Of a stretch of DNA of 64,000 bases, positions 46,764 to 58,344 are shown one piece after another. The translations under genes and the position numbers were made by a program. Source of the stretch: an uncultured Gemmatimonadales bacterium (GTDB lineage Bacteria > Gemmatimonadota > Gemmatimonadetes > Gemmatimonadales > GWC2-71-9); the NCBI GenBank assembly GCA_963842945.1, contig CAWJIM010000001.1, forward strand, positions 96,001 through 160,000, written 5' to 3'. How positions within the stretch are numbered: the first letter of the stretch is position 1; each line of letters begins with the position of its first letter. The notes beneath the pieces were generated by a model that saw only the letters and a list, made by a program, of their open reading frames with translations, was not told where the DNA came from and did no database searches.

Positions 46764-49588
46764 TAGTTATAGCCGAAGAAGAAATGCACGAATCCGGGAT
46801 CCCGCTGGCTCCGGTCGAGACTGTACCCCCGGAAGTTGCCATCGCTGAAGCGGCGACCCAGGTCGAGCCGCAACACCGCGAAGGGACCAAGCGCCAAGCG
46901 GAAGCTGATGCCCCAACTCCCCAGTAACGCCCGCTCCGAGTCCTGGTGCAGAACCGCCTTACCCAGGTCGCCGAAAAATCCCGCCTGAATTTCCGGAAAA
47001 TCGATGTCGCCGAGCGGGGTTCCCAGAGTCAGGTGGGTCAGCACCGGAAACCGGATCTCCTGGTTGAGCATGTAGGCTCGAGTCCCGACGATATACCCGA
47101 ACTCAGGGTAGCCGCGCAGACCGAGGGTGCCCCCGATGTTCACTCGTCGTGGGCGGTCGCCGCCACTGTAGAAACCAAAGGCCCGGATGGCGTAGGCGCT
47201 GCGCGACCCGAGCCGGAGATAGCGGCGCCAGTCTCCACTCAACAGGTAGCTGTCGAAGCGACTGTTGGTAAAATCGCTGGAGATACCGCCGGTAACGCTC
47301 AACCTTCCCCCATCGATTGGGCCGGACGGAATCCAGAGCGAATTGTCGTGCACGAAGCTTAGATAGTTCGAGGCGATCCAGCCGACCCGCCGCGGCTCGT
47401 CGACGGTTAGGGTGAAGTCCACCCGGTCCGAATGTTCCACGACCGCGGTGCCCTCCACTCGACTGAAACGGCTCAAGGGGTATCGGAGAAGACCGAGTGC
47501 CCCGTACGCCAGTTCTTCATAGGCCACGACCAGGTCGCCCTCATAGTTCCGGCTTCTGGTGCGGAACACGCCCAAGCCCCAATTGAGTCGCCGCTGCTGA
47601 TTCACGTAGATCGTGCTGGCGCTGATGTTCGCGAACACACTGCCAAGCCGGCGTCCTTGAAACGATCCGATGCTGCCATACACGAGGTTGTCGCTAAGCA
47701 GATCGCTCATGAGAAAAGAGACTCCTTGAGCTCCGCCGTACCCGGGGACAAAGGCGGCGCCCCCGGCGGCGAAATCCAGAGTCAGCCGGCGACGGTACGG
47801 TTCTCCCACCACCTTGGCCGCGGGCTTGCGGCTGCCACTGGCCCAGGCCCACTGGGCCGGCGGGGGACCCGAATCAAGGGTGAACCGATCCTCGCGCGCA
47901 GCCGAGTCGACGGGGTATCGGTACAGGTTCCAACTCAGGTCATGAAATCCTCCTACAACCAACCCACTGCTGTCCGGCAGCGGCACGGCGTCGAATGCAC
48001 CACTCCAGGCGCTGGTTTCTCGCCGTCCGTTTCCCAGACTGTCGGTGGAAAAGACATTCAGCAGGACCCCGTCCCGATCGGAGGTGAAATAGATCCGATC
48101 GTCGGCTTCCCAGGTGGGGGCCTCATCGACCCAGTGCCCCCGGGTAAGCTGAGTAATGTCGCTGGTCACCAGGTCGAGCACGAAGAGATTGACCGCGCCT
48201 TCGAGCCCATCCGCTGTCCGGTCAGAGGCGAACACCAGCCGGCGGCCATCCGGGGCTGGGCTGGGATCAAGGTCCTGATAGTTGTCGCGGGTGAGCGGCT
48301 CCAGCTTTCCCTTCGGCAAGTGTACCCGATAGAGATCGGAAACCCCACTTTCGGACAGCCCACTGAATACGATGCTCGTCCCATCACGCATCCACATGGG
48401 CGAAAGGATTGAGACCAGGTGGTCGAATTGGTAGCGCCCCGCGATCTTTCCCCGCTTGAGATCCCACACCATTAGAGCGTCCCGGTCGCCATAGCGCGCG
48501 GTGAACAACAGGTAACCCTTGCGCGAGGCATCCATCCGGGAGTCGAACGGGTGAAACGCCTCGAGCTCGGCCGAGCGGCGGGCGGTGACGACCTTCCGTG
48601 CCCGGCCTCCGTCCACACCCTTGCGGTAGACACTCAGGTATCCCGTGGCCGGAGAGACGTAGGCGATTTCTCCCCGGTCTTCTCCAGTGGAATCAGGAAT
48701 GAACGCCGGCTAAACCGCGAGCCGGGTGATCTCCCGCCCCAGCACTCCCAAGGGAGCGAGGCCATTCACGGAGGCGTAATAGGTCCGCCGCATGGCGAGC
48801 TGAAATTCCTCGCTGAGCTGATCCAGCGAGCGGCCGTAGACGGCACGAATAGCGTCTTCGAAGTTGTCGTGCTGGTTCAATTCCTTGTAGATCAGCGCGA
48901 CCCGCCAGTCACCGTAGGTGTCGGCCAGCCAACGGTGAATCCTGCCTCCGATCGGATAGACGATACCCCAGTGAAGTAGGTCAGCTGTTTGAACTGCGGC
49001 AGCTTTCCGCTGAGCGTGAGATCCCGGAGGACCATGTAGTCCCGGGCGTCCTCACCCCCGGACCAGAGCTCCGCCAGCCCTTCACTCCACCACAAGGGGA
49101 AACCAAAACGCCGCGCCCTGGGTGCCTGGTAGTAGCTCTCCGACTGCAGATCCAACTGAAAGAGTGGACCATCTCGTGGCGCAGGGTGTGGCGGAACTCG
49201 CGAAGTTCCCCAAAAGGCGGGAGACCCTTCGTTTGAGGAAGTCGGTGGCGCCCAGGAGTCCTTCGGGCGGGGTGAACGGGAGAATGTTGGTCTGCTCAAA
49301 ATCGGTATGAGAGGCATAAACGATCAGCGGGATGCGAGCGGCAACAGCGTGACCGAATTGCAGTGAAAGTGTGTCGTAACTTGCTTCCGCGTACGCCAGT
49401 GCCGCGGGCACCAGCTCGGCCTCGGCAGGATAGTAGTACAGATCCACATGCGGTCCTCGAGTGACCCGCCAATCGAGCCGACGGTACTGGACCTTGTTCT
49501 GACCAAACGCAAAAAATTGGGCCTCTGCAGGGGCGGAGGAGATGGAGAGGATGGACAGAAAAATCCCCACCGTGCAGAAGCGCCTCAT
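46760..49588 (-). CDS. Omp85-type outer membrane protein with N-terminal gluzincin-like domain and TolB-like propeller (frameshifted)
   Basis: FGQNKVQY, HEMVH, WWSEGLAE, PD40-like repeats (PDGRRLVFASDR), LRGY, C-terminal FGYNY. Confidence 0.8.
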
Positions 49589-49621
49589 AATGGAAATCCT
49601 GTCATTGCCACTTTCTCTCTT

Positions 49622-51646
49622 CTATCGATGAATCGTCCGTATCAGGTCGCCCTGGCTGATGCGCGACAGCGGACCAAGTTGCCCACAATTTTCCCAAAAA
49701 CCGTGTACGTCCCATCCAAATGGGGCTGAGGAGAGAGGGTGATGAACCATTGGCTGGCCCCGGTGTCGGGGCCCGGACAGGGCCATTCCCAGCATGGGCT
49801 TGGCCCCGTAGCGATCGCGGTTGATCTCGTCGCGGATCGAGCCGCCGGGCCCGCCGAAGCCATCACCCCGAGGATCACCATCCTGCACCACGAAGTTCGG
49901 CACCACCCGATGCCATCGGTTCCCGTCGAAGAAGCGGCGGTCAACCAGACGAAGGAAGTTGGCCACCGTCATAGGCGCGTCGGGCCCGAACAGTTCCACC
50001 TCAAGAGTGCCCCGCTGCTCTGTGTCGATGAACACATGTGGCCTTGCCAAGGAATCGGAGGCCAGGATGAACTGCCGGGTGAGCTCCCGATAGTCCTGCA
50101 GCGTGCGTCCGGTCGACAGCGGATAGGCTGGACCCCATCGGTCTGCCGCGTCAGGCCAGTTGGCCTCCGCCCACCGGCGCAACAGGTAATTGGCGGGCCG
50201 CGGCACCGTCGCAAGGAATTCACGCTCGACCTCCGCGCCGGCAGGGCCACTACTCTTTGAAATGGCCAGGAGGGCACCGAGTGCGGATAGCGAGGCTTCG
50301 GGAAACGAATCGCGGACGGCACGGTTGTACATCTGAACCAGGGAGGTGATGTCGGCCGGGGCGGCTGCTCGGGCCAAGGCGGGTCCGGCGGAGACACTGC
50401 GAACTGCTGCGTCAGCATGTCCGAGCACCCGACGAGCTGCGCCGATAAGCGCGGGGTCGGGGCCCGACACTGTGTCAGCCCAGGCCTGGAGTCCGCTGGC
50501 GATGACTCGGCCGTCCCGATCGGAGAGGAAGGCCGGCGTTCCCGAGTGGCCAGCTCGGGCCCATCCCTGGGCCGCGGCGGCCCGAGCCCTCCAGTCCGCA
50601 TTCGATTTCCACGGCTCGGCGGCGGAGGCGAATCCTGCCCGATCGATCCGAGCCAGCCCCAGCAGCGCCTCGCGCCGAACAGCAAACCCGGCCTTCGATT
50701 GGACCAGACGTCGCAAGGTAGCGGCCGCAACCGAGCCCCCCAGCTCTCCCAGGACTGGACGTTGCCTGAACCCGGACATTCAAGTCCGGATCTTCGACCT
50801 TGGACGCAACCGCAGGCGCCAGCAAGGAGTCGTGGTAGGTGCCGAGCGAGCGAAGTGCATTGATCCGGACCCCGGGATCGTCATCGTCCACGGCGCGGGC
50901 CAAAAGGCGGGACACGGTCGTGGGCGCGAGCTTGGCTCGTTGGGCATACTCTCGAGTCAGTACTCTGGCTACCGTCGCTCTGGTTTCCGCATCGTCGGCG
51001 CCCAAAGCATTGATCAGATGATTGCCTGCCTCAGGCGAACGGAGGGCCCAGTGAATACAGAGCACGCCACCGAACGTCCCGACGGGTCCTCGGCAAAAGG
51101 CAGAAGCGACGCGGCCTGAGCATCCGGTCCGAGCCGCCAGCTCTCCAGCAGCATCTGGCTCAGGGCGGGAGCTGGTGGCCTGGCTCAGAGCGATCTTCCG
51201 CTCAGCGCGGAGGCAAAGAAATCGCCGATCGCTTTCCCCCGATTTTTGCCAACGCGGTAACCGCCTCGTTTGCGGTTGCGGTATCCAGTGGCGGCAGTCC
51301 GGTTAACGTTGAATCAAGGGTTCCACCGCGGCGGAATCACCGAGCAGACCCAGCGCGAAGGCAGCAGCGACCCGAACGGTGGAATCCGGTTGGTCCAGCA
51401 CCCGCAGCAAGAGGGGCGTCGCCCGGAGATCGCCGATGCGGCCGGCAGCGAGTGCGGCAGTGCGGCGGACCAGGGAATCGGGTGCCAGCAGCGCTCGTTG
51501 GAAGAGATCGGGTTGCCAGTCGCGAGCATCCTCGGCCGCGAGTACCGACGCCAACTGCTCGACCACGGCTTCGTCCTGTGCCGCCAGGAGAGACGGCGAT
51601 AGAAGGCTCCGCTCAGGAGGATCAAGCCGCAGAGTCGTCTCATCAT
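49622..51646 (-). CDS. HEAT-repeat protein with C-terminal cyclophilin PPIase (frameshifted)
   Basis: HEAT repeats ([13 protein letters not shown]), [37 protein letters not shown]. Confidence 0.85.
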
Positions 51647-52080
51647 GCCAGCCTGACCGGGTCCGGAATGGGGCGAGAGCACCTGACGGACCCGCTCCGG
51701 TAAGCGGGCCAGCGTCATCCCAATGTCGAGGGCGATCAGCCGGGTGGAGGCCGTCGCCAACAATCGTTGATCCTCCGCGTGCTCGACGGCGTAGCCGAAA
51801 TCCACCCGCCGTGAAGCCACTTCGCGAATCCAGCAGCGTATCCGGATCAGGTCGTCGTACCGGGCGGGCTGGCGGTACCGGATGGCGAGCTCGCTGACGG
51901 CGAGTCGCAGGCCAGCTTGCTCCAGCTCGCGGTAACTCATGCCGCTGAGCCGCAGGTGCTCGCAGCGGGCCACGTCCAACCAAACCAGATATCGTGCGTG
52001 GTAGACACGCCCATCTGATCGGTCTCGGTGTAGTTGACCCGTACGCTGGTCTCCGAGATCGACGAAACCGTGCTGGTCAT
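51643..52080 (-). CDS. Acyl-CoA thioesterase, YbgC/FadM family (frameshifted)
   Basis: VRVNYTETDQMGV, YRQPARYDD. Confidence 0.87.
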
Positions 52081-52154
52081 CGCAGCCTCAGGGGTTAGAC
52101 GTTCGGGACGTGGGGGCTGACACGCCCGGGACGAGGAGCCGGTTGCACCGGGAT

Positions 52155-52916
52155 ATGGGAGAGCCCATCTTTGGCGCCGTGCTGGGCCGTACCCTCGTAA
52201 TCGTGTCTGACGCCCACCTCGGAGTTGCATCACCGGATACCGAGGAGGCACTGCTCGAATTTTTCGACGCGGTGCCTGGGCTGGGCGATTGTCTGTTGAT
52301 CAACGGCGATCTCTTCGATTTCTGGTTTACTTACTCACGGGTCATTCCCCGGCGCGGATTCCACGTGGCCGCGGCACTCGCCCGGCTTCGCCGTCGCGTG
52401 CCCATCGTGATGGTTGGAGGAAATCACGACCGCTGGGATCGCGACTTCTGGGAACGAGATCTCGGGCTCTGCTTCAAGCCGCATCGCGCAACATTCCAAA
52501 TCGGCGATCGGACGGTCACTGCAATCCATGGGGATGGACTGGCTGAGCCTCGTTGGCAGGCCAAACTGATCCACCGGGTGATTCAACACCCGGCTACCGC
52601 CGCGGTGTATCGCGTGCTCCATCCGGATTTCGGGTTGCGGCTGGTGGATATGCTGAGCCCGGTTCTGGGCGATCATACCATGGATGAAGCGAAACTAAGC
52701 CGGGCGGCTGAGCGGCAGCGGGCCTGGGCCGAACAACTTCTTTCCACTGAGACCGACATCGGACTGCTGGTTATGGGCCACACCCATCAACCAATGCTGG
52801 CCGAAACCACCCCCGGACGAATGTACCTCAACCCAGGCGCATGGTTCGACGGACAGCGTTATGCCGTGGCCACCGACTCCGCCGCCGAGCTCTGCACCTT
52901 CCATCCCAGGTTGTAG
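52155..52916 (+). CDS. lpxH: UDP-2,3-diacylglucosamine hydrolase (LpxH-like)
   Basis: SDAHLG, GDLFDFW, GNHD, HGDG, GHTH, NPGAW. Confidence 0.8.
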   Translation: MGEPIFGAVLGRTLVIVSDAHLGVASPDTEEALLEFFDAVPGLGDCLLINGDLFDFWFTYSRVIPRRGFHVAAALARLRRRVPIVMVGGNHDRWDRDFWERDLGLCFKPHRATFQIGDRTVTAIHGDGLAEPRWQAKLIHRVIQHPATAAVYRVLHPDFGLRLVDMLSPVLGDHTMDEAKLSRAAERQRAWAEQLLSTETDIGLLVMGHTHQPMLAETTPGRMYLNPGAWFDGQRYAVATDSAAELCTFHPRL

Positions 52917-52943
52917 CTCGGCGCTCCGCCATGGCAGATCCAA

Positions 52944-53742
52944 TCATCCCAGCGGCACCACCTCGGCTTTTCCCAGCCGTTCTCCGATGAAGCGCGAGCC
53001 GACCTGCCGAAATCTGGCTTCGTCGTCGCTCACCACAAATCGATGGTCTACTGCCGCGCCTGCAGCAGCTTCCAGCTGCTTGTCCTTCAGAATCGATTCC
53101 AGGGCTGCGGCAGTGGCCTGACCACTGTCGATCAGCTTCACCTCGGGCCCATCACCCGTTGCAGGAGCGGCTTCAACAAGGGGTAATGGGTGCAACCCAG
53201 CACCAGGGCGCGAACACAGGATTGCCGGAGCTCGCGGAGGTAGTCAACGGCGATCAGTTCGGTCGCAGGGTGATCGGACCCGCCCTTCCTCCACGAAAGG
53301 GACAAACAGAGGACAGGCCCGCTGCACCACTGGAACGCCGGGGGCGAGTGCCTGGATCGCCCGGTTGTAGGCATCACTCGCTATGGTGCCGGCAGTGCCG
53401 ATGACACCGATCGGCCCACCGTCTCCGGCGGCCACGGCGGCACGGCGCCCGGCTTGATCACTCCCAACACGGGGACTGGTGTAGCCTCCTGGAGAGTGCG
53501 GAGGGCGTGGGCCGTGCTGGTATTACAGGCTATCACCACGGCCTTCACGCCCTGGCTCAGCAACCAGTGGAGGATCTCCAAGCTGTAGCGCTTCACCGTC
53601 TCCGGCGATTTGGGTCCGTAGGCACCCGGGCGGTATCGCCAAAGTAGATGGTGGACTCCTGAGGCAGGCGCTCGTAAATGGCCCGTGCCACGGTGAGTCC
53701 CCCGATTCCCGAATCGAAGATGCCGATCGGCGCCGAATTCAT
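52944..53742 (-). CDS. murI: Glutamate racemase (frameshifted)
   Basis: [35 protein letters not shown]. Confidence 0.92.
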
Positions 53743-54219
53743 GGCAGCCGCAAGGGCAACGAAACAGCGGCTCCCGCACCTCCTGGGATGGCCTCGAGGT
53801 GGAGGTCGCCGGGAAAATCTGCCAGGTGAGCTGAGATGTAGGCCTCCAGTCCGGCAAGGACATGATTGAATCCCAGCAGTACCACCCAGTCCTCGTGTTC
53901 CTGCCGTTTGTCATCCGCCCTGGCCGAGTTGGTCCGTCGCAGATACTCCAGCTCGTGCAACGTCTTCAGACTCATGCCCAGGGTGACGCCCTCCCAGGCG
54001 ATAAACAGCCCGGCCGTGAGCTTCCGGTTCAAGCGGGACTGGCCCCAGCCCCGGCAAGAGCAGCGAACGCCACAGCGCGGCGGACGGGCTGATGTAGCGT
54101 CGCGTCAGCGAGTCCGTCGGGGCGGGCGCGGGGGTTAGGAGGCGCAGAAGTGGCGGTGCGGGACGAGGTTGTGCCTGGCCCGCAAGCTGAGTGCTGGTCA
54201 GCGAAAATAACAGAAGCAA
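53739..54219 (-). CDS. Hypothetical membrane/exported protein, DUF5683-like (frameshifted; start uncertain)
   Basis: [14 protein letters not shown], then [11 protein letters not shown]; overlaps murI start. Confidence 0.6.
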
Positions 54220-54246
54220 CGGAAACGATTACCGGCCGGGTGGGGA

Positions 54247-54344
54247 TGGCGGGAGCGTGTGGGAATCGAACCCACCGGAGCCGCCGAGGGCGCCTCCATC
54301 GCGGTTTTGAAGACCGGCCAGACCACCAGGCCCGATCCGCTCCT
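54247..54344 (-). tRNA. selC: tRNA-Sec (TCA)
   Basis: Anticodon loop CTTCAAA, long variable arm, extended D-stem, GGTTCGATTCC, GCCA end. Confidence 0.92.
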
Positions 54345-54350
54345 GTCATG

Positions 54351-54408
54351 CAGTAACAGTGACAGTAGCGGTGAACTGGGCTTACCGTTCACCGCTCACC
54401 GCTCACTG
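54351..54408. repeat. Short tandem repeats forming a hairpin between ridA and selC
   Basis: CAGTAA CAGTGA CAGTA GCGGTGAAC ... GTTCACCGC TCACCGC TCACTG. Confidence 0.65.
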
Positions 54409-54779
54409 CAATCACTTCGATCTCGACTCGCGCCCCGCGCGGCAGAGCGGCGACCGCCACCGTGGAGCGGGCCGGCCGGTGATGCGCCGAACGCTCGGGC
54501 GTAGACCTCGTTCATCGCGGTGAAATCGGCCATGTCGATCAGGAAGACGGTGGTCTTCACCACCTGGGTGAAATCGCTGCCCGCCTGCTTCCAGCACCGC
54601 CTGGAGATTCGCCATTGCCCGGGTGGTCTGTTCCGCTATCCCTCCGCGGACCAGCTGTCCGTTGGCCGGATCGAGCGCGACCTGACCCGCGGTGAAGAGG
54701 AAGCCGTGGGCGATCAGCGCCTGGCTGTAGGGGCCGATGGCCTTGGGGGCCCAGCCGTGGCCACGATCTCGATCGGCAT
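54389..54779 (-). CDS. ridA: RidA/YjgF family enamine deaminase (frameshifted)
   Basis: [33 protein letters not shown]. Confidence 0.88.
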
Positions 54780-56463
54780 CAGAACAGACCCTCGATGGTT
54801 CCGTCGGGCATACCCGGATCGATTCGGCGGAAGGCGCCTTGGACAGGCCCGGCATGGTCATGATGTCTCCGGCCAGCGCCACCACGAAGCCGGCGCCCGC
54901 CGAGGGATACACATCCCGGATGGTGAGCCGGAAGCCGGTCGGGCCGCCCGAGCTTGGTCGGATCGTCGGAGAACGAGTACTGGGTCTTGGCGATGCAGAC
55001 CGGCGTCTTGCCCGAGGCCCATCGCCTCAAACTGGGCGATGTTCTTTTCGGCGGCCGCGGCGTAATCGACCCATCGGCGCCGTAGATCTCCCGCGCGATG
55101 GTCTCGATCTTCTCCTTGATCGCGAGCCACGTCGTAGAGCGGCTTGAACGCGCCTTTCTTCTCGTCGAGCACGGCCAGGACCTCCCGGGCGACCGCCTCG
55201 CCGCCCTCCCCGCCCTTGGCCCAGACCTCGCTCAGGGCGGCCCGGGCGCCCCAGCCCTTTGCGGCGTGGAGCACGCGTCTTCAGCTCTGCGTCGGTGTCG
55301 GAGGTGAATCGATTGAGCGCGACCACGACCGGGACCCCGAACTTCTGCACGTTCCGGACGTGGGCCTCGAGGTTCACCAGGCCCCTCTTCAGCGCTCGAC
55401 ATCCTCCTTGCCCAGCGCGTCCTTCTTCACCCCGCCATGCATCTTGAGCGCGCGGACGGTGGCGACGACGACCGCCGCCTCGGGCTTGAGCCCGCCGAAG
55501 CGGCACTTGATGTCGAAGAACTTCTCCGCCCCAGGTCGGCGCCGAAGCCGGCCTCGGTGAGGACCAGATCGCCCAGACCCAGCGCAAGCCTGGTCGCGGC
55601 GATCGAGTTGCACCCGTGGGCGATGTTGCCGAAGGGGCCGCAGTGCACGATGGCGGGCCCGCCTTCGAGCGTCTGCACCAGGTTGGGCAGGATCGCGTCC
55701 TTGAGCAGCAGGGTCATGGCCCCCGCCGCCTTGAGCTCGCCCGCGGTGACGGGCTTCCGGTCGCGGGTGAAGCCCACGATGATCCGGCTGATCCGGGCCT
55801 CGAGGTCCTGCAGGTCGGTGGCGAGCGCCAGGATCGCCATGATCTCGCTGCCGGGCACGATCACGAAGCGGTCCTCCCGCACCGGCCCCGCGTTGATGCC
55901 CCCGAGGCTGATGACGATCGAGCGCAGCGCGCGATCGTTCATGTCGATGGTGCGGGGCCAGGTGATCCGGCGCGGATCGAGACCCAGCGCGTTCCCCTGG
56001 TGGAGATGGTTGTCCAGCATCGCCGACAGGAGGTTGTGCGCCGAGGTGATGGCGTGGAAGTCGCCGGTGAAGTGGAGGTTGATCTCGTCCATGGGGACGA
56101 TCTGGGCGTACCCGCCCCCGCCGCACCGCCCTTGACGCCGAACACCGGCCCCAGGCTCGGCTCCCGGATCGCGACCACGACCTTCTTGCCCAGCCGCCGG
56201 AACGCCTGCGCCACACCCACCGTGACGGTGCTCTTCCCCTCGCCCGCGGGCGTGGGGCTGATCCCGGTCACCAGCACGAGCCGACCGGTGGGCTTCCGGC
56301 GGGCGACGGCCTCGGGGCTGATCTTGGCCTTGTACCGCCCGTACGGCAGGATGTCGTCGGGCGTGAGGCCGACCTCGGCGGCGACGTCGGCGATCGGCCG
56401 CAGCTTGGCCGCCTGCGCGATGGCGATGTCGGTCGGCACAGTGGGTATGGCGGTGGCTGTCAC
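54779..56463 (-). CDS. fhs: Formate--tetrahydrofolate ligase (several frameshifts)
   Basis: [65 protein letters not shown]. Confidence 0.93.
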
Positions 56464-57249
56464 GGCGACTCCGAAGCACGGTGTGACGGACAGGCCGAAG
56501 ACCCGCGCGCGCATTCTGGCCCGTCACGGGTGCGATCAGCATCCTCGACCGGCATCCCCCGCACGGCCGCGATCCGCTCCGCGACCTGGCGGACAAAGGC
56601 CGGCTCGTTGCGCTTGCCCCGGTGCGGCACCGGCGCCAGGTAGGGACCGTCGGTTTCCAGGAGCAGCCGGTCCAGGGGCGTCTCCAGGATGGCCTGGTCG
56701 AGGCGCCAGTTCTTGAAGGTCACCATCCCGCTGAATGACACATAGTGGCGGAGGACCAGCCCCGCCCGCAAGAGCCCGACGCCGCTGCTGAAGGAGTGCA
56801 GAATCGCCACCACCCCCGGGTGCGCGCCGAGGATGGCGGCGACGTCGTCGTCGGCTTCACGGGCATGGATGACCACCGGCTTGCCGGCCTCGGTCGCCAG
56901 GGCGAGCTGGGCCTCGAAGGCGGCGTGTTGGCGGTCCCGGGGCGAGTGATCGTAATGGTAGTCGAGGCCCATCTCCCCGGCGGCGACCACCCGGGGATCC
57001 CCGAGGCGCCCGCGCAGCCAGTCGCTGGTCTCCCCGCTCCAGTTCGAGGCGTCATGGGGGTGGATGCCGGCCGTGGTGGCGAGCCGGGGCTCGGCCCGGG
57101 CCAGGGCGAGGGCGCGATCGGATGCTCTCGGGCGACTCGCCCACCACGACCACGCGCTCGACCCCCGCCACCCACGCCCGCTCCAGCACCTCGGCGCGAT
57201 CGGCGTCGTAGGCGGAGGCGGCGAGATGGCAGTGGGTGTCGATGAGCAT
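56460..57249 (-). CDS. tatD: TatD family hydrolase (frameshifted)
   Basis: [35 protein letters not shown]. Confidence 0.92.
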
Positions 57250-57350
57250 GGGCGCAGGGGCGCAGGGGCGCAGGCGGGACGATAGCGGCGGACCGGTGAC
57301 GCGATCGCAGCGTCGTCCCGCACTCCCTGCGACGCTGCGACTCTGCGCCC
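57250..57350. repeat. 8-nt tandem repeats forming a long hairpin in the secF-tatD spacer
   Basis: GGGCGCAG GGGCGCAG GGGCGCAG GCGGGACG ... CGTCCCGC ... CTGCGACG CTGCGACT CTGCGCCC. Confidence 0.75.
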
Positions 57351-58343
57351 TACGCGCCTGCGGCTACCGGCTGCGGCTTCCGCCGGCGCCGGAGCCGCGG
57401 CGTCGGCGTCGTGCCCATGTGACCCCGGGCGGCGCGCCCGGGCCAGCGCTGCTCGATCGCCATCAGCACCGGCGAGGCGATATAGATCGACGAGAAGGTC
57501 CCGGTGAAGACGCCGAAGAACATCACCAGGGCGAACGGCCGGATCACCTCGCCCCCGAAGACCGCCAGGGCGAGGAGCGTGGCCAGCGTGGTGCCGTGGG
57601 TCAGGACGCTCCGGGGGAGAGTCTCGTTGATGGCGCGGTTCAGCACCGTCTCGAACCGGTCCTTCTTGTGCTTCTTCAAGTCTTCCCGGACCCGGTCGAA
57701 GATGATGATCGTGTCGTTCAGCGAGTAACCCACCATCGACAGCACCGCGGCCACGACGTGAGGCTCACCTCCAGCCGCATCACGCCGATGAAGGCGATGG
57801 TGGCCAGAATGTCGTGCGCGGTCGCGATCACCGCCGCCAGGCCGAAGCGCCACTCGAACCGGTACGCCAGATAGGCCAGCACCGCGAAGAAGGAGAGGAA
57901 GATCGCCAGGAAAGCCTTCTGCCGGAGCTCGCCGCCGACCTTGGGGCCGACCGCCTCGGTGCGGACGCACCGTGTAGCTGCCCTGCCCCAGCACCGCGTC
58001 GAGCGCGTGCGAGACCGCGGCCGCCGTGGCCTGGGTGTCGTTGGCGTCGGTGCCCGGCTTGGCGACCCGCGCGCGGATCACGTACTCGTTGGGCGCGCCG
58101 AAGCCCTGGATCTCGGCCCCGTGGATCCCCTGCTGGTCGAGGCCGCTCCGGAGCTGGGCCACGTCCACCGGCTTCTGGCTCCGGATCTGCACCAGCGTCC
58201 CGCCGGTGAACTCGATGCTGTAGTTGAGGCCGGCCAGCATCAGGAACAGCAGCCCCGGGAGCAGGATCGCCGCGGTCACGCCCGTAGGCGTAGCGCCGGA
58301 CCCCGATGAAGTCGTAGTTGGCGTTGGCGAAGAGTCGTGTCAT
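57350..58343 (-). CDS. secF: Protein translocase subunit SecF (frameshifted)
   Basis: IEFTGGT, GYSLNDTIIIFDRVRE, TGTFSSIYIA. Confidence 0.92.
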
Positions 58344-58344
58344 G

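Noticed and set aside
51314..51983. Thioesterase::HEAT-PPIase fusion
   Set aside because: ATGA junction at 51643-51646 and a signal-like start on the second gene; apparent fusion comes from indels
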